Assembly (NCBI RefSeq): GCF_015062905.1
Contig: NZ_SUTK01000003.1
Location: forward strand, 21,942 to 85,941
Direction of reading: 5' to 3'
From: Methanobrevibacter thaueri
Lineage (GTDB): Archaea; Methanobacteriota; Methanobacteria; Methanobacteriales; Methanobacteriaceae
DNA: 64,000 nucleotides
A program made the position numbers and the translations under genes. The notes below the pieces were generated by a model that had not been told where the DNA came from, did no database searches, and saw nothing but the letters and a program-made list of their open reading frames with translations. Positions 49,294 to 58,741 of the stretch are shown here, piece by piece. The stretch's first letter is position 1. Every line of letters starts with the position of its first letter.

Positions 49294-51108
49294 CTACTTC
49301 ATTTTTTTCATTACATTACGTAATGGGGAAGTAATTTTCCAAGAATTTGAGTCTTCCATTAATTTTAACTTACTTTTCAATGTTGAATTATTTTTTTCAA
49401 GTTTTTTCATCTGTTTTTTTAGGCTTTTTATCTCTTTTTCTTTATCATTAGCCAATTTTTTATAATGCTTTAAATCACGAATAATTTGTTCTCCAGTTAC
49501 AATCTTTTGATTAGGGATGACAGGTCCACCCACATATTCCATAAAATGATCTTCCCATTTTTTAAATGTTGGAATCCCTGTTTTATCTAATTTTAATTCA
49601 TCAAAAATTTCTTCAATTGTAAAGAGTTTTTTAAAGACATCATTATGATAATATTCAAAGTTAAGTGACCTCCAAAATATATATTCAACAGGAATTGGAA
49701 AATCAAAACACCACTCATAGTCAATAGCTAAAAGTTCATCATTGACATAAAACAGATTATTGAAAATAAAATCTAAATTTGATACTTCATGGCAGTGCAG
49801 AGGTTTATTTATTTGTTCTGATCCAAATACCTCTGAAAATTCAGATGTATGATACTTGTCAGTTTCAGAGGAATCAAATTCAATGGCTTCATAAACCTTT
49901 TTCAATTCATCAATAGCTTGTTTTTTGGTTGGATCTTTAAGCAATAAATTTGTTAAGATATTGGATAAATTTAATTCATCAAGATATGAATAAATTAAAT
50001 TCTTATTTTCCAAAACACTATCCAAACATTTTATTTTACCAAAATTATTTTTTGAGTAATAATGCATCTTTTCAACATGTTCTTCAGAGGTTGAATTCAA
50101 AGGAAATTTGGATACGACAGTATTATCATTTTTTTCATAGATTTGTGTTCCGATTCTAAATTTCTTTTCTCTGCGAGCACTTAATTTGGAATATTTGATT
50201 TTGTCTGTTTTTGGTATAACTTCACTGTTCCTAAGTTCGACTAAAAAGGAATTGGCGAAATATTTAGATATGTTCTCTTTTGATAGTGTTAAATTCAAGT
50301 TTCCATCATTAAATAGTTTAATTTTTTCATAATCTGGATTAGGGGCATTTGTCAGGACAGGAATTTCTTCAATTAAATCATCAGTGTGGATAATTGTTGG
50401 GAATTTATAATCAGGATACGGATAAAAGAATTTATAATTATTGAAACCCGCTTCTTTAATTACTTCCTCTAATTCAAATCTGGAAAAGGTTTTGACACTA
50501 TTGTCGTTTGGATAATTATCAATTCCAACGAAACTTTTTGCTATATGGTCCTCTTTTGATCCTGAAAGATATTTTAATCCGATTCTGTTTTCAATAGCAA
50601 CTAAAATAACTCCATCTTCACTTAACATGCTCTTGATTTTTTTTAAAAAATCAACATGAGGATTATCTGTTGGTGTAAATCGTGTAGCATATTCAAGAAC
50701 GCCACATAAAATGATATAATCGAATTTTTCCTCGAATTCCATATTATTGAGATTTCCCGGAAAAATTTCAAGATTTGGATAATTTTTATGTCTGTTATAT
50801 ATTATTTGTGACCTTCTATCAGTTAGTTCAACGGCTGTAACTTTTGAAAGCTTATTGCAGAACAGTCCGGTTAATGCTCCGCATCCTGCACCAATTTCTA
50901 AAAGATTGGAGTCTTCTTTAAATGGATACCAATTTAATAGATTTTCCCTTAAATAGGATAAATGATAAAATACAGGCCAGCGTGAATCATTAATTAGAAT
51001 GGATTCTAAATCGTCAGTACTTTTAACCATATCTAGTATTTCATCTTCAATTGAACCGTCACTATACTCAGTTTCATTATTATAAAATTTTTTATTAATA
51101 GTTGCCAT
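49294..51108 (-). CDS. Class I SAM methyltransferase - kinase-like domain - coiled coil protein (WbdD-like architecture)
   Basis: LLEIGAGCGALT, FDYIILCGVLEY; VVSK, NLDFIFNN, AIDYEW; coiled coil, then SNSWKITSPLR. Confidence 0.75.
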   Translation of the reverse strand: MATINKKFYNNETEYSDGSIEDEILDMVKSTDDLESILINDSRWPVFYHLSYLRENLLNWYPFKEDSNLLEIGAGCGALTGLFCNKLSKVTAVELTDRRSQIIYNRHKNYPNLEIFPGNLNNMEFEEKFDYIILCGVLEYATRFTPTDNPHVDFLKKIKSMLSEDGVILVAIENRIGLKYLSGSKEDHIAKSFVGIDNYPNDNSVKTFSRFELEEVIKEAGFNNYKFFYPYPDYKFPTIIHTDDLIEEIPVLTNAPNPDYEKIKLFNDGNLNLTLSKENISKYFANSFLVELRNSEVIPKTDKIKYSKLSARREKKFRIGTQIYEKNDNTVVSKFPLNSTSEEHVEKMHYYSKNNFGKIKCLDSVLENKNLIYSYLDELNLSNILTNLLLKDPTKKQAIDELKKVYEAIEFDSSETDKYHTSEFSEVFGSEQINKPLHCHEVSNLDFIFNNLFYVNDELLAIDYEWCFDFPIPVEYIFWRSLNFEYYHNDVFKKLFTIEEIFDELKLDKTGIPTFKKWEDHFMEYVGGPVIPNQKIVTGEQIIRDLKHYKKLANDKEKEIKSLKKQMKKLEKNNSTLKSKLKLMEDSNSWKITSPLRNVMKKMK

Positions 51109-51475
51109 CTAAAAACCACACAATTTACAAAATTATCATATATTATTTTAATTTTTGTTCTTAATAAAATTTCCTTCAAAGATATAGGATAATTAAATAT
51201 TAAAAAATAATTAAAGGATATAATGGCAAAATTAAGCATAAATATCCATGAAAAACTATAGAACGTCAAAATGAACTATTAATTTAAAACAATTCTCTAA
51301 ATATAAAAAAATCTAGAAAATCAACTGAAAGTTATGAGGTATCATAGATTTTATAATAAATTATATTAATCACTTAATTTTAACATATAATATGATATAA
51401 ACAGTTAGAATAGCTTATTAATGAATATTATTCCATGAAATAATTATTTATAAAATTTAATCTAGGAGTTAATAA

Positions 51476-53584
51476 ATGAAATATGATTTTAAATTTAGAA
51501 ATATTAAAGGTGTGATTTTATCAATTTTCGCATCGTTTTTTATTGAATCATATATTGTTTTAGTTGAAAATAATAATTTATTTTCTAATTTTTCATCATA
51601 TGATTTTATTAATCTATTCTCAATTAAAGAATTCCTAGTGTTTTTGGTACTTTTTATAATTATTTGTTATATTTTATCGGATAATACTAGAAAAAATCAA
51701 GTATTCAATTTTTTATATACTTACAGGTTGTATCTTTCGATATTTGTTGTTATTGTCGCTATTATTTTTCAAATTCACGGGTCCTCGATTAATGAAATGA
51801 ATTTGTTCAATGTACCTCATAAACCTTTTTTTGGAGTATCTAGACCTATTAGAAGTGATGAATATATTGTAAATACAATGTATGCGTTTTCTCAATATAT
51901 GAATGATTTTGGATATTTTTCAGATATTGTTAGAGCCACTACAACTGATATGTTTATCATTTATGGACAGCCGGTTTTAGATATAGGTACTATTTTCAGA
52001 CCATTTTTAATTGGATATCTATTTTTAAATCCCGGTCAAGGATTATCCTTTTTTTGGATAGGTCGTTTAGTGTTTTTATTGTTAGTGTCTTTTGAATTTG
52101 GGATGTTGCTAACAAATAAAAATAAAACTTTATCTTTGGCATATGCTTTATTGGTCACATTCTCTCCGGTTGTGCAATGGTGGTTTGCAATTAATGGTTT
52201 GGTCGAACAGTTAATCTTTGGACAACTGGGTGCTTTGTTATTATATTGGTATATGACAATTGAGGATTATAAAAAACGAGTATTAATTGCTTTTGGGTTA
52301 ATGATTTCAGTTGGGACATTTTTACTTGTATTTTATCCATCATGGCAGATTCCTTTTGCATATGTTTTTATTTTATTTGCAATTTGGGTATTTTTGAAAA
52401 ATAGGGCTAATTTTAAAGTTAATAAAAAAGATCTTGTGATTTTTGCAGTATTTTTATTAATCTTTTCTGTAATAATGAGTCATATATTAACAAATTCTTT
52501 AGATACAATTAAAATTATATTGAATACATCTTATCCCGGTTCTCAGGCATTTAATGGGGAAGGTACCTTCAATGCATTGTTGTATTATATGCCAACTATA
52601 TTTTACCCTTTAGTTCAGGATAACCTTTCAAATAATGTATGTAATTTATCAGTATTTGTTGATTTGTTTCCTATGCCATTACTATTGTCTGGAATTGTAT
52701 TATTCTATCAAAAAACTAAAGATAAATTGTTAGTGGGTCTTTTAATATTGTATATTCTTTTTATAATATTTTATATAGTAAAATTCCCTGATCTGATTGT
52801 AGATTTAACATTGAGAAGCCATGTCAAAACTACTAGAATACCTTCTGCAATCACTTTTGTAGGTATTTTAGTTTTAATCCGTTCAATATGTAATTTAAAA
52901 AATTTAAATCATAAGAGACTATTTATTTTTATATCTGTAATATTGTCAATTTTAATGTATTGTCTGTCAACTTTTGAATTTAATAGTTATTATTTATCTC
53001 TTATGCCCCTAATTATAATTGTAATTTACTCAATATTATTTTCAGTAAGTTTTTTAGCATCATCCAAAAGAAATCAGAAAATATTTTTGATTTGTGTGAT
53101 TGGATTATCTTTTTTAACAGGCGCATTGGTAAATCCTGTTGATCATGGTACGGATGTAATATATGAATCAGACGTTTATCATAATGTAGAAAAAATTGTT
53201 AAAGACGACTCTGATGCAATATGGATAACGCAGGGAATGAAATCAGATATTATTCTTCCAGCAGGAGCTAAAACATTAAATTCTGTAAACACATATCCTA
53301 ATTTGGAAACATGGCAAAAAATAGATGAAGATAACCAAAATTATGATGTATATAACAGATATGCTCATATTGAGGTAAATATACAGGATAAAAATGATAC
53401 TTCATTTAAATTAGTTAGAGTTGATTCATTTATCGTGGATTTAAATGTAAATGATTTAGAAAAATTAAATGTAAGTTATATTCTCACTGATAAAAATTTA
53501 AATAAGTTTTCGAATGATAATGTAAGCTTTGAAAAAATTTACAATGATCATAAATTTAAAATTTATCATGTTAGTTATTCTTAA
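51476..53584 (+). CDS. Large polytopic membrane protein, possible GT-C glycosyltransferase
   Basis: 702 aa; RPIRSDEY acidic loop, VQWW, FYPSWQIP, T.YPG, YNRYAHI; AGGAG RBS. Confidence 0.55.
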   Translation: MKYDFKFRNIKGVILSIFASFFIESYIVLVENNNLFSNFSSYDFINLFSIKEFLVFLVLFIIICYILSDNTRKNQVFNFLYTYRLYLSIFVVIVAIIFQIHGSSINEMNLFNVPHKPFFGVSRPIRSDEYIVNTMYAFSQYMNDFGYFSDIVRATTTDMFIIYGQPVLDIGTIFRPFLIGYLFLNPGQGLSFFWIGRLVFLLLVSFEFGMLLTNKNKTLSLAYALLVTFSPVVQWWFAINGLVEQLIFGQLGALLLYWYMTIEDYKKRVLIAFGLMISVGTFLLVFYPSWQIPFAYVFILFAIWVFLKNRANFKVNKKDLVIFAVFLLIFSVIMSHILTNSLDTIKIILNTSYPGSQAFNGEGTFNALLYYMPTIFYPLVQDNLSNNVCNLSVFVDLFPMPLLLSGIVLFYQKTKDKLLVGLLILYILFIIFYIVKFPDLIVDLTLRSHVKTTRIPSAITFVGILVLIRSICNLKNLNHKRLFIFISVILSILMYCLSTFEFNSYYLSLMPLIIIVIYSILFSVSFLASSKRNQKIFLICVIGLSFLTGALVNPVDHGTDVIYESDVYHNVEKIVKDDSDAIWITQGMKSDIILPAGAKTLNSVNTYPNLETWQKIDEDNQNYDVYNRYAHIEVNIQDKNDTSFKLVRVDSFIVDLNVNDLEKLNVSYILTDKNLNKFSNDNVSFEKIYNDHKFKIYHVSYS

Positions 53585-53902
53585 TGATGATTATAAAGAA
53601 ATTGATTTATGTAATTGTTATTATGTTATTCGTAATGAGAAGGTTATTTGATAATTAGACATTTTGGAGATTTTAGTAATAAAAAATCAACTAAACGATT
53701 GGCAGCACGGGTTAGTCTAGTTATTCATTATAAATATAATGATGATTATATACTATATTAATTGAAGTAATTAGAGATATGCAATTGTGGTGATTTTATA
53801 TCAATTAAAAATAATTTATTAAATTTAATCAGTAGTAAAAATACTTTAAAAAAGTATTTAAACGAGAATGATATCGGGCATTATTTATTTACTTGTGATT
53901 TA

Positions 53903-55216
53903 ATGGAATATGACTTTAAAACAATCTATAAAACATTCGATATTTCATATTTTACAAAAGATAAAAATTTGATAAGTGATAATTTTGTAGATTCTCAAAA
54001 GTTAAAGGACTATGAATCAATTGAAAAATCAACAGATAAATTAATTGTTATTTTAATTAAGAAATTTAAACTCAGACTTTCTTTTAGAAAAAATGGTAAT
54101 TTTTCAAAGCAGATTATCATTTCTGATGATTATAGATTTGAGCCAGATGTGTTGCCACATGAAGATACAATAAAAATCGCTATTGTTAAAGATGATTTTG
54201 ACAAATGGGGAAATTTAGCTAATTATGATTATATTTTTACATTTAAAGACCATGTTAAAGAATTAAAGGAATATGAATGGGTTTTTCCTATAGAGGATAA
54301 CTCTGTTTTTGGCCAAATAAAATTCATTTTAAATGATTTGTATAAACGTAAATTAAATAAGTTTTATTATTTTCTATCAGAAGTTAGTTTTCAGGAAGTC
54401 TTTCCCAAAACAAATAATTATTTCAAAGTTTTTAATTCCAATTACTTTGATGATCAGTGGTATAGGGACAACTATGACATAGCGGATAACACTGATTCTG
54501 TTATTCATTATTTATTGATTGGCTGTAGAAAGGGATATGACCCAGGTCCTAATTTCAGTTCCGAAGAGTATTATGAATGTAATAAGGACGTTAAACTAAA
54601 AGATGTCAATCCTTTAGTTCATTATGAAGTGTATGGTCGAAAACAGAACAGACTCATCTCGATTAAAGATAAGAACGTTCATGATTATGATTTGATTTTG
54701 AACTCTCCGTATTTTGATAGGGATTGGTATGTAAGTACTTATGATATTGGTGAGGATGTCGATCCTGTTGAGCATTATTTGAAAATTGGATTTATTAAAA
54801 GATATAATCCAGGTCCTGATTTCAATACCCGTGAGTATTTCGATTGCAATCGTGATGTTAAAAATGTTTTGGAGAATCCGTTAGTTCATTATGAAACCTT
54901 TGGAAGGGCTGAGAAAAGAACTATTAAATTTTCTGATGAACAGCATCAGGAGGACCATGATATTATTTTGAATTCCCAGTATTTTGATGGGGATTGGTAT
55001 AAGAGCAATTATGATTTAGACGGACTTGATGATCCTGTTAATCATTATTTAAACATCGGGTATACAAAAGGAAATGACCCAGGTCCTGATTTCAGCACTG
55101 ATGAGTATTTTGAATGCAACCAAGATGTAAAACGACATGGGATGAATCCTTTAGTCCATTACGAACGATATGGTCGTAATGAGAATAGGAAAATTAGTTT
55201 TAGGGAGAACTCCTAA
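53903..55216 (+). CDS. Hypothetical protein with three tandem ~89-aa FD..WY/P..HY..G repeats
   Basis: Three copies of NS.YFD..WY...Y....D.V.HYL.IG...Y.PGP.F...EY..CN.DVK....NPLVHYE..GR...R.I. Confidence 0.75.
   Translation: MEYDFKTIYKTFDISYFTKDKNLISDNFVDSQKLKDYESIEKSTDKLIVILIKKFKLRLSFRKNGNFSKQIIISDDYRFEPDVLPHEDTIKIAIVKDDFDKWGNLANYDYIFTFKDHVKELKEYEWVFPIEDNSVFGQIKFILNDLYKRKLNKFYYFLSEVSFQEVFPKTNNYFKVFNSNYFDDQWYRDNYDIADNTDSVIHYLLIGCRKGYDPGPNFSSEEYYECNKDVKLKDVNPLVHYEVYGRKQNRLISIKDKNVHDYDLILNSPYFDRDWYVSTYDIGEDVDPVEHYLKIGFIKRYNPGPDFNTREYFDCNRDVKNVLENPLVHYETFGRAEKRTIKFSDEQHQEDHDIILNSQYFDGDWYKSNYDLDGLDDPVNHYLNIGYTKGNDPGPDFSTDEYFECNQDVKRHGMNPLVHYERYGRNENRKISFRENS
54419..55200 (+). repeat. Three intragenic direct repeats, 267-270 nt period
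   Basis: Anchor CCAGGTCCT at 54542, 54809 and 55079. Confidence 0.85.
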
Positions 55217-55360
55217 ATATTGTCTTTTGAATCTATGATTAGCAAATTATATGAACTTAAATTTTTATAAAAATCGTTGTGCTGATTATATTAAAAAATT
55301 AAGTTATAGGTTTTATAATATTTTTAATTTCTTTTAATATTTTCACATGCCTATTTTTAC

Positions 55361-56452
55361 TCATTTTGCACCGATAATCTGGTTAATGTACGGAATTCTA
55401 TTGAATATGTCCATTACTAGAACTGAAAGGAATAGCGCTACAAATATACAAATGAACACTCTTAAGTTATATCCGTGGATTGGCAGTTTCAGTAGCAAAT
55501 ATTGAATTACAGCATGGATTAAGTAGATTCCATAACTATATTTTGCAAGAATTGCAACTGATTTTCTGAATATTCCATTCTGATTTTTAAGGAAATTAAA
55601 TGAAATTGGAAGTTTGGAGAAGTTCTTAAACAGTAAAAATATTCCCATTACTTCAATTGATACTGGCAGGGAGTATCTTGCGAACACAAAAAATTTGTTT
55701 GGAGTTGAAAAATGCACTGACAGAATCAACATTACTATACATGGAACCGCTATCAATAAAATGTCAAAGTATGGATTATTTAGAAGTTTCCTTTCTGTGT
55801 GTCTTAAATAATAACCTAAAACAACCAGACCTATAGGGCTTGTGAAATAATTTAATTTGATTGGGAAATCAATAAGTAGAGTTGCATCAAATAAACAGGT
55901 AATCAACCAAAATACTAAAAAGTACTCAGCTTCTTTTAAATCAGCAAGAATGAGCCATTTATTAAATATTGGCATTATCAAGTAAGTTCCCAATATCATC
56001 CAAAAGAACCAATACGGAGTGAAACCTTTGTTATGAGCTAAGAATGAGTTATATATATAATTTAATATGGACATAAAATCATAACTTTTGATTATGTGAA
56101 AATTAAAATAATATGAACAAATAATCATCAATAAACTTAATGTTATTCCCCAAAACAGGAAAGGAGACACAATTCTAGGTATTCTTTTTCCTAAAAAGTC
56201 TTTTATTTCCCAATTTCTACCTAGCGACAGGGCTCCTGAAAGCATTAAGAATAAATCAACACCTATCCTAAACCAGTCTGACATCATGTGAGTGTAAATA
56301 TATTTATAGGTTGGGTAGGGGTCGATTTCTGTAAGTATTATGTGATAGTTTCTGGCATAGGCGTGGATAATAATTACGCAAATAATAGCCAACGCCCTTA
56401 AAGCATCAAAGTAGAAAATTCTTTTTTTGGGATGTGTTGATGAAAATGTCAT
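55361..56452 (-). CDS. Acyltransferase family 3
   Basis: KRIFYFDALRALAII, LFLMLSGALSLGR, YWFFWMILGTY; close paralogue of 16873..17976. Confidence 0.88.
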   Translation of the reverse strand: MTFSSTHPKKRIFYFDALRALAIICVIIIHAYARNYHIILTEIDPYPTYKYIYTHMMSDWFRIGVDLFLMLSGALSLGRNWEIKDFLGKRIPRIVSPFLFWGITLSLLMIICSYYFNFHIIKSYDFMSILNYIYNSFLAHNKGFTPYWFFWMILGTYLIMPIFNKWLILADLKEAEYFLVFWLITCLFDATLLIDFPIKLNYFTSPIGLVVLGYYLRHTERKLLNNPYFDILLIAVPCIVMLILSVHFSTPNKFFVFARYSLPVSIEVMGIFLLFKNFSKLPISFNFLKNQNGIFRKSVAILAKYSYGIYLIHAVIQYLLLKLPIHGYNLRVFICIFVALFLSVLVMDIFNRIPYINQIIGAK

Positions 56453-56597
56453 TTTTATTATACACCTACATATAATTATATTATGTATATTATACTTTTA
56501 TGTTTTGATATTATTAAATTTGTGTACATATATTGAAATCGTTTCATTTAATAATGAGTCAACTAATTTTTTATACAATTAATTTTAGAATAGTATT

Positions 56598-57569
56598 ATG
56601 GTAAAAATATCTGTTATTCTACCGGCTTTTAATTCGCAAAACTATATTGAAAAAGCAATCGGAAGCGTTCTGGCACAGAAATTTGTAGATTTTGAGTTAA
56701 TCATTGTAAATGACGGATCAACAGACAGCACATTAGATATCATAAGCTCTTTTAGCGACAATAGAATCACAATCATCGACCAGCCAAACCAGGGTCCGGG
56801 AGCAGCTAGAAACAATGCCCTGAAAATAGCCAATGGGGATTATGTTATGTATCTAGATTCGGATGATTGGTTCTGTCCTGATGCACTGGATATAGCCTAT
56901 GCGGAAATTACAAAATTTGATGCAGATTTGACATTTTTTCAGATGATCAATTATAACGGTGAGAAATACTACGGAAATGACTGGTTTGACATGAAAACCT
57001 TTGACGAAAGCTTTGAAAACAGGGCTTTCAAACCGAGCGAGACTCCCGGTTCCATTTTTGATCTGTCTGTGGGGGTCTGTCAAAAAATATACAACAGAAA
57101 TTTTCTTGAAAAAATCAATGCAAAATTCCTTGAAGGAATATTCTTTGAGGACATGCCGTTCTTTTACTATGTTTATCTCAAGGCAGAAAGGATATCAATA
57201 ATAAAAATGCCCCTGTATGTCAGAAGAAAGCATGAAAAGTCAATCACCAATGTTGTTGACGAGAAGTTCTTTGACACTGTGCCTGCAGGTCAAGAACTTA
57301 TGAGGATTTTCATTGAAAATGGATGGTATGATGCATACAAGTTCGACCTTCTTGCCTATAAAATCAATGGGCCTCGATTTGCTTTAAGGGACATGCCACT
57401 AAAATATAAGTCACACATGTTTGATTTGATTAAAAGGGACTATGAATCAATTAAATCAACTAAATATTATGAGGACTTTTTGACTCAACTTGGTCCCGTA
57501 AAAAAGAAGTTCTTTTTGGATGTTTTGAAGTCAGGAGATTATGAGGAATTCAGTAAAACATCCCGCTGA
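56598..57569 (+). CDS. GT2 family glycosyltransferase
   Basis: NDGSTD, ARNNAL, YLDSDD, FED; 20-nt convergent overlap with the next gene. Confidence 0.88.
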   Translation: MVKISVILPAFNSQNYIEKAIGSVLAQKFVDFELIIVNDGSTDSTLDIISSFSDNRITIIDQPNQGPGAARNNALKIANGDYVMYLDSDDWFCPDALDIAYAEITKFDADLTFFQMINYNGEKYYGNDWFDMKTFDESFENRAFKPSETPGSIFDLSVGVCQKIYNRNFLEKINAKFLEGIFFEDMPFFYYVYLKAERISIIKMPLYVRRKHEKSITNVVDEKFFDTVPAGQELMRIFIENGWYDAYKFDLLAYKINGPRFALRDMPLKYKSHMFDLIKRDYESIKSTKYYEDFLTQLGPVKKKFFLDVLKSGDYEEFSKTSR

Positions 57570-58017
57570 ATCCCATATTTTTACATACGCAGTACCTGCA
57601 AAGTGACCTTTCGTCATGAAGAGCTGTCAAGCGTGGTTTGCAGTAGTACTCACCATCTGAGTAATATACATCATCACTTTTATCTTTACTGAATGGATGC
57701 AGCGGCTTTTTGGCAATCAAAGCCAGATACAATGATATGTTTTCGGTGAATCGTTTGGTTTCATCATCACCTCCGGCATACCTTTCAAAATAAAATCCGA
57801 TGTCGCCGCGCATATTTTTAATCACGCCATCTTTAATTTCAAAATCGTCTGTTATTTCAACGGCATAAATCTCATCATAAACTTCGCTGTTATATTTTGC
57901 AAGCTTTTTGGTCAACGGATCCCTATATCTCGGGTCGGTTACCTTGTTTCTCAAATAGTCTATTGGATAGTTTTCCAGATCCTTTCTGATAATTGACAAT
58001 AGTTTTGACGCCTTCAT
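57550..58017 (-). CDS. DUF2115 (UPF0305) family protein
   Basis: [27 protein letters not shown]. Confidence 0.8.
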   Translation of the reverse strand: MKASKLLSIIRKDLENYPIDYLRNKVTDPRYRDPLTKKLAKYNSEVYDEIYAVEITDDFEIKDGVIKNMRGDIGFYFERYAGGDDETKRFTENISLYLALIAKKPLHPFSKDKSDDVYYSDGEYYCKPRLTALHDERSLCRYCVCKNMGFSGMFY

Positions 58018-58679
58018 AAAATCCCTTTTTTTGAAAGGAGTTCCCTTGGATTGTCTACAATTGCCTTCATAGCCTCTTCATGTGTCAGTCCTGCACCTAA
58101 AGCGATTTCGTATGACTTTTCAAAGGTTATTATGTTATCAGGTGAGTGTGTATCGGTGTTCACGAGCAGATTGTTTCCCACTTCACGTGCAATGTTTGCA
58201 ACATGGCCGTTTCCAAGACAATGTCCCTGCCTTGCGGAAATTTCCAGGTAAATGTCATTTTTCTTTGCTATTTCAGCTTCCTCAACGGTAATCAGGCCAG
58301 GATGGCCTAAGATGTCAACATGTTCGGATTCAACGGCTGCCCTGTTGGTTCCTGGAGTAACGGGTTCGTTCAATGTCTCTCCATGGACAACCACAATCTT
58401 TGCTCCCAGCTCTTTGGCACGAGCTGCAATCCCGTCAATTGATTCGCATGGTGCATGGGTCACTTCGGCGCCTAAAACGACGGTTATGTCCCATTTGCTG
58501 TTGATGTCATCAATGGCGTCCTGGATGGCAGGTATTGTATCCACGTTTGACCAGTCTACATGGTCTGTTATAGCTATGGCTTCATGGTTCAGTTTCAATG
58601 CTCTTCTTGCAAGTTCTGACGGCAGAAGTTCTCCGTCACTGAATAAACTGTGCATATGTAAATCGATTCTTTTAGTCAT
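58014..58679 (-). CDS. PHP-domain hydrolase (histidinol-phosphatase-like)
   Basis: Start ATG 58679 ([16 protein letters not shown]); ITDH, VVHGET, ILGHPG, NTDTH. Confidence 0.85.
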   Translation of the reverse strand: MTKRIDLHMHSLFSDGELLPSELARRALKLNHEAIAITDHVDWSNVDTIPAIQDAIDDINSKWDITVVLGAEVTHAPCESIDGIAARAKELGAKIVVVHGETLNEPVTPGTNRAAVESEHVDILGHPGLITVEEAEIAKKNDIYLEISARQGHCLGNGHVANIAREVGNNLLVNTDTHSPDNIITFEKSYEIALGAGLTHEEAMKAIVDNPRELLSKKGIL

Positions 58680-58741
58680 ATAATAATTTATATAGAATAT
58701 AGAATATATATTTATATAACCTAAAATTTTGAGGTATAAAA
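58680..58741. promoter_or_regulatory. 62-bp divergent promoter region between the PHP gene and fprA
   Basis: TATA-like TTTATATA elements near 58687 and 58711; GAGGT RBS before fprA. Confidence 0.4.

Noticed and set aside
51033..51269. 78-aa reverse-strand ORF upstream of the methyltransferase-kinase gene
   Set aside because: Overlaps that gene's start out of frame, has no motif and lies in a divergent promoter region.
53584..53760. C/D box sRNA suggested by ATGATGA motifs
   Set aside because: No CTGA D box at a suitable distance.
54419..55200. CRISPR-like or non-coding repeat array
   Set aside because: The repeats are long, degenerate, in-frame protein repeats; no cas genes or spacer structure in the window.
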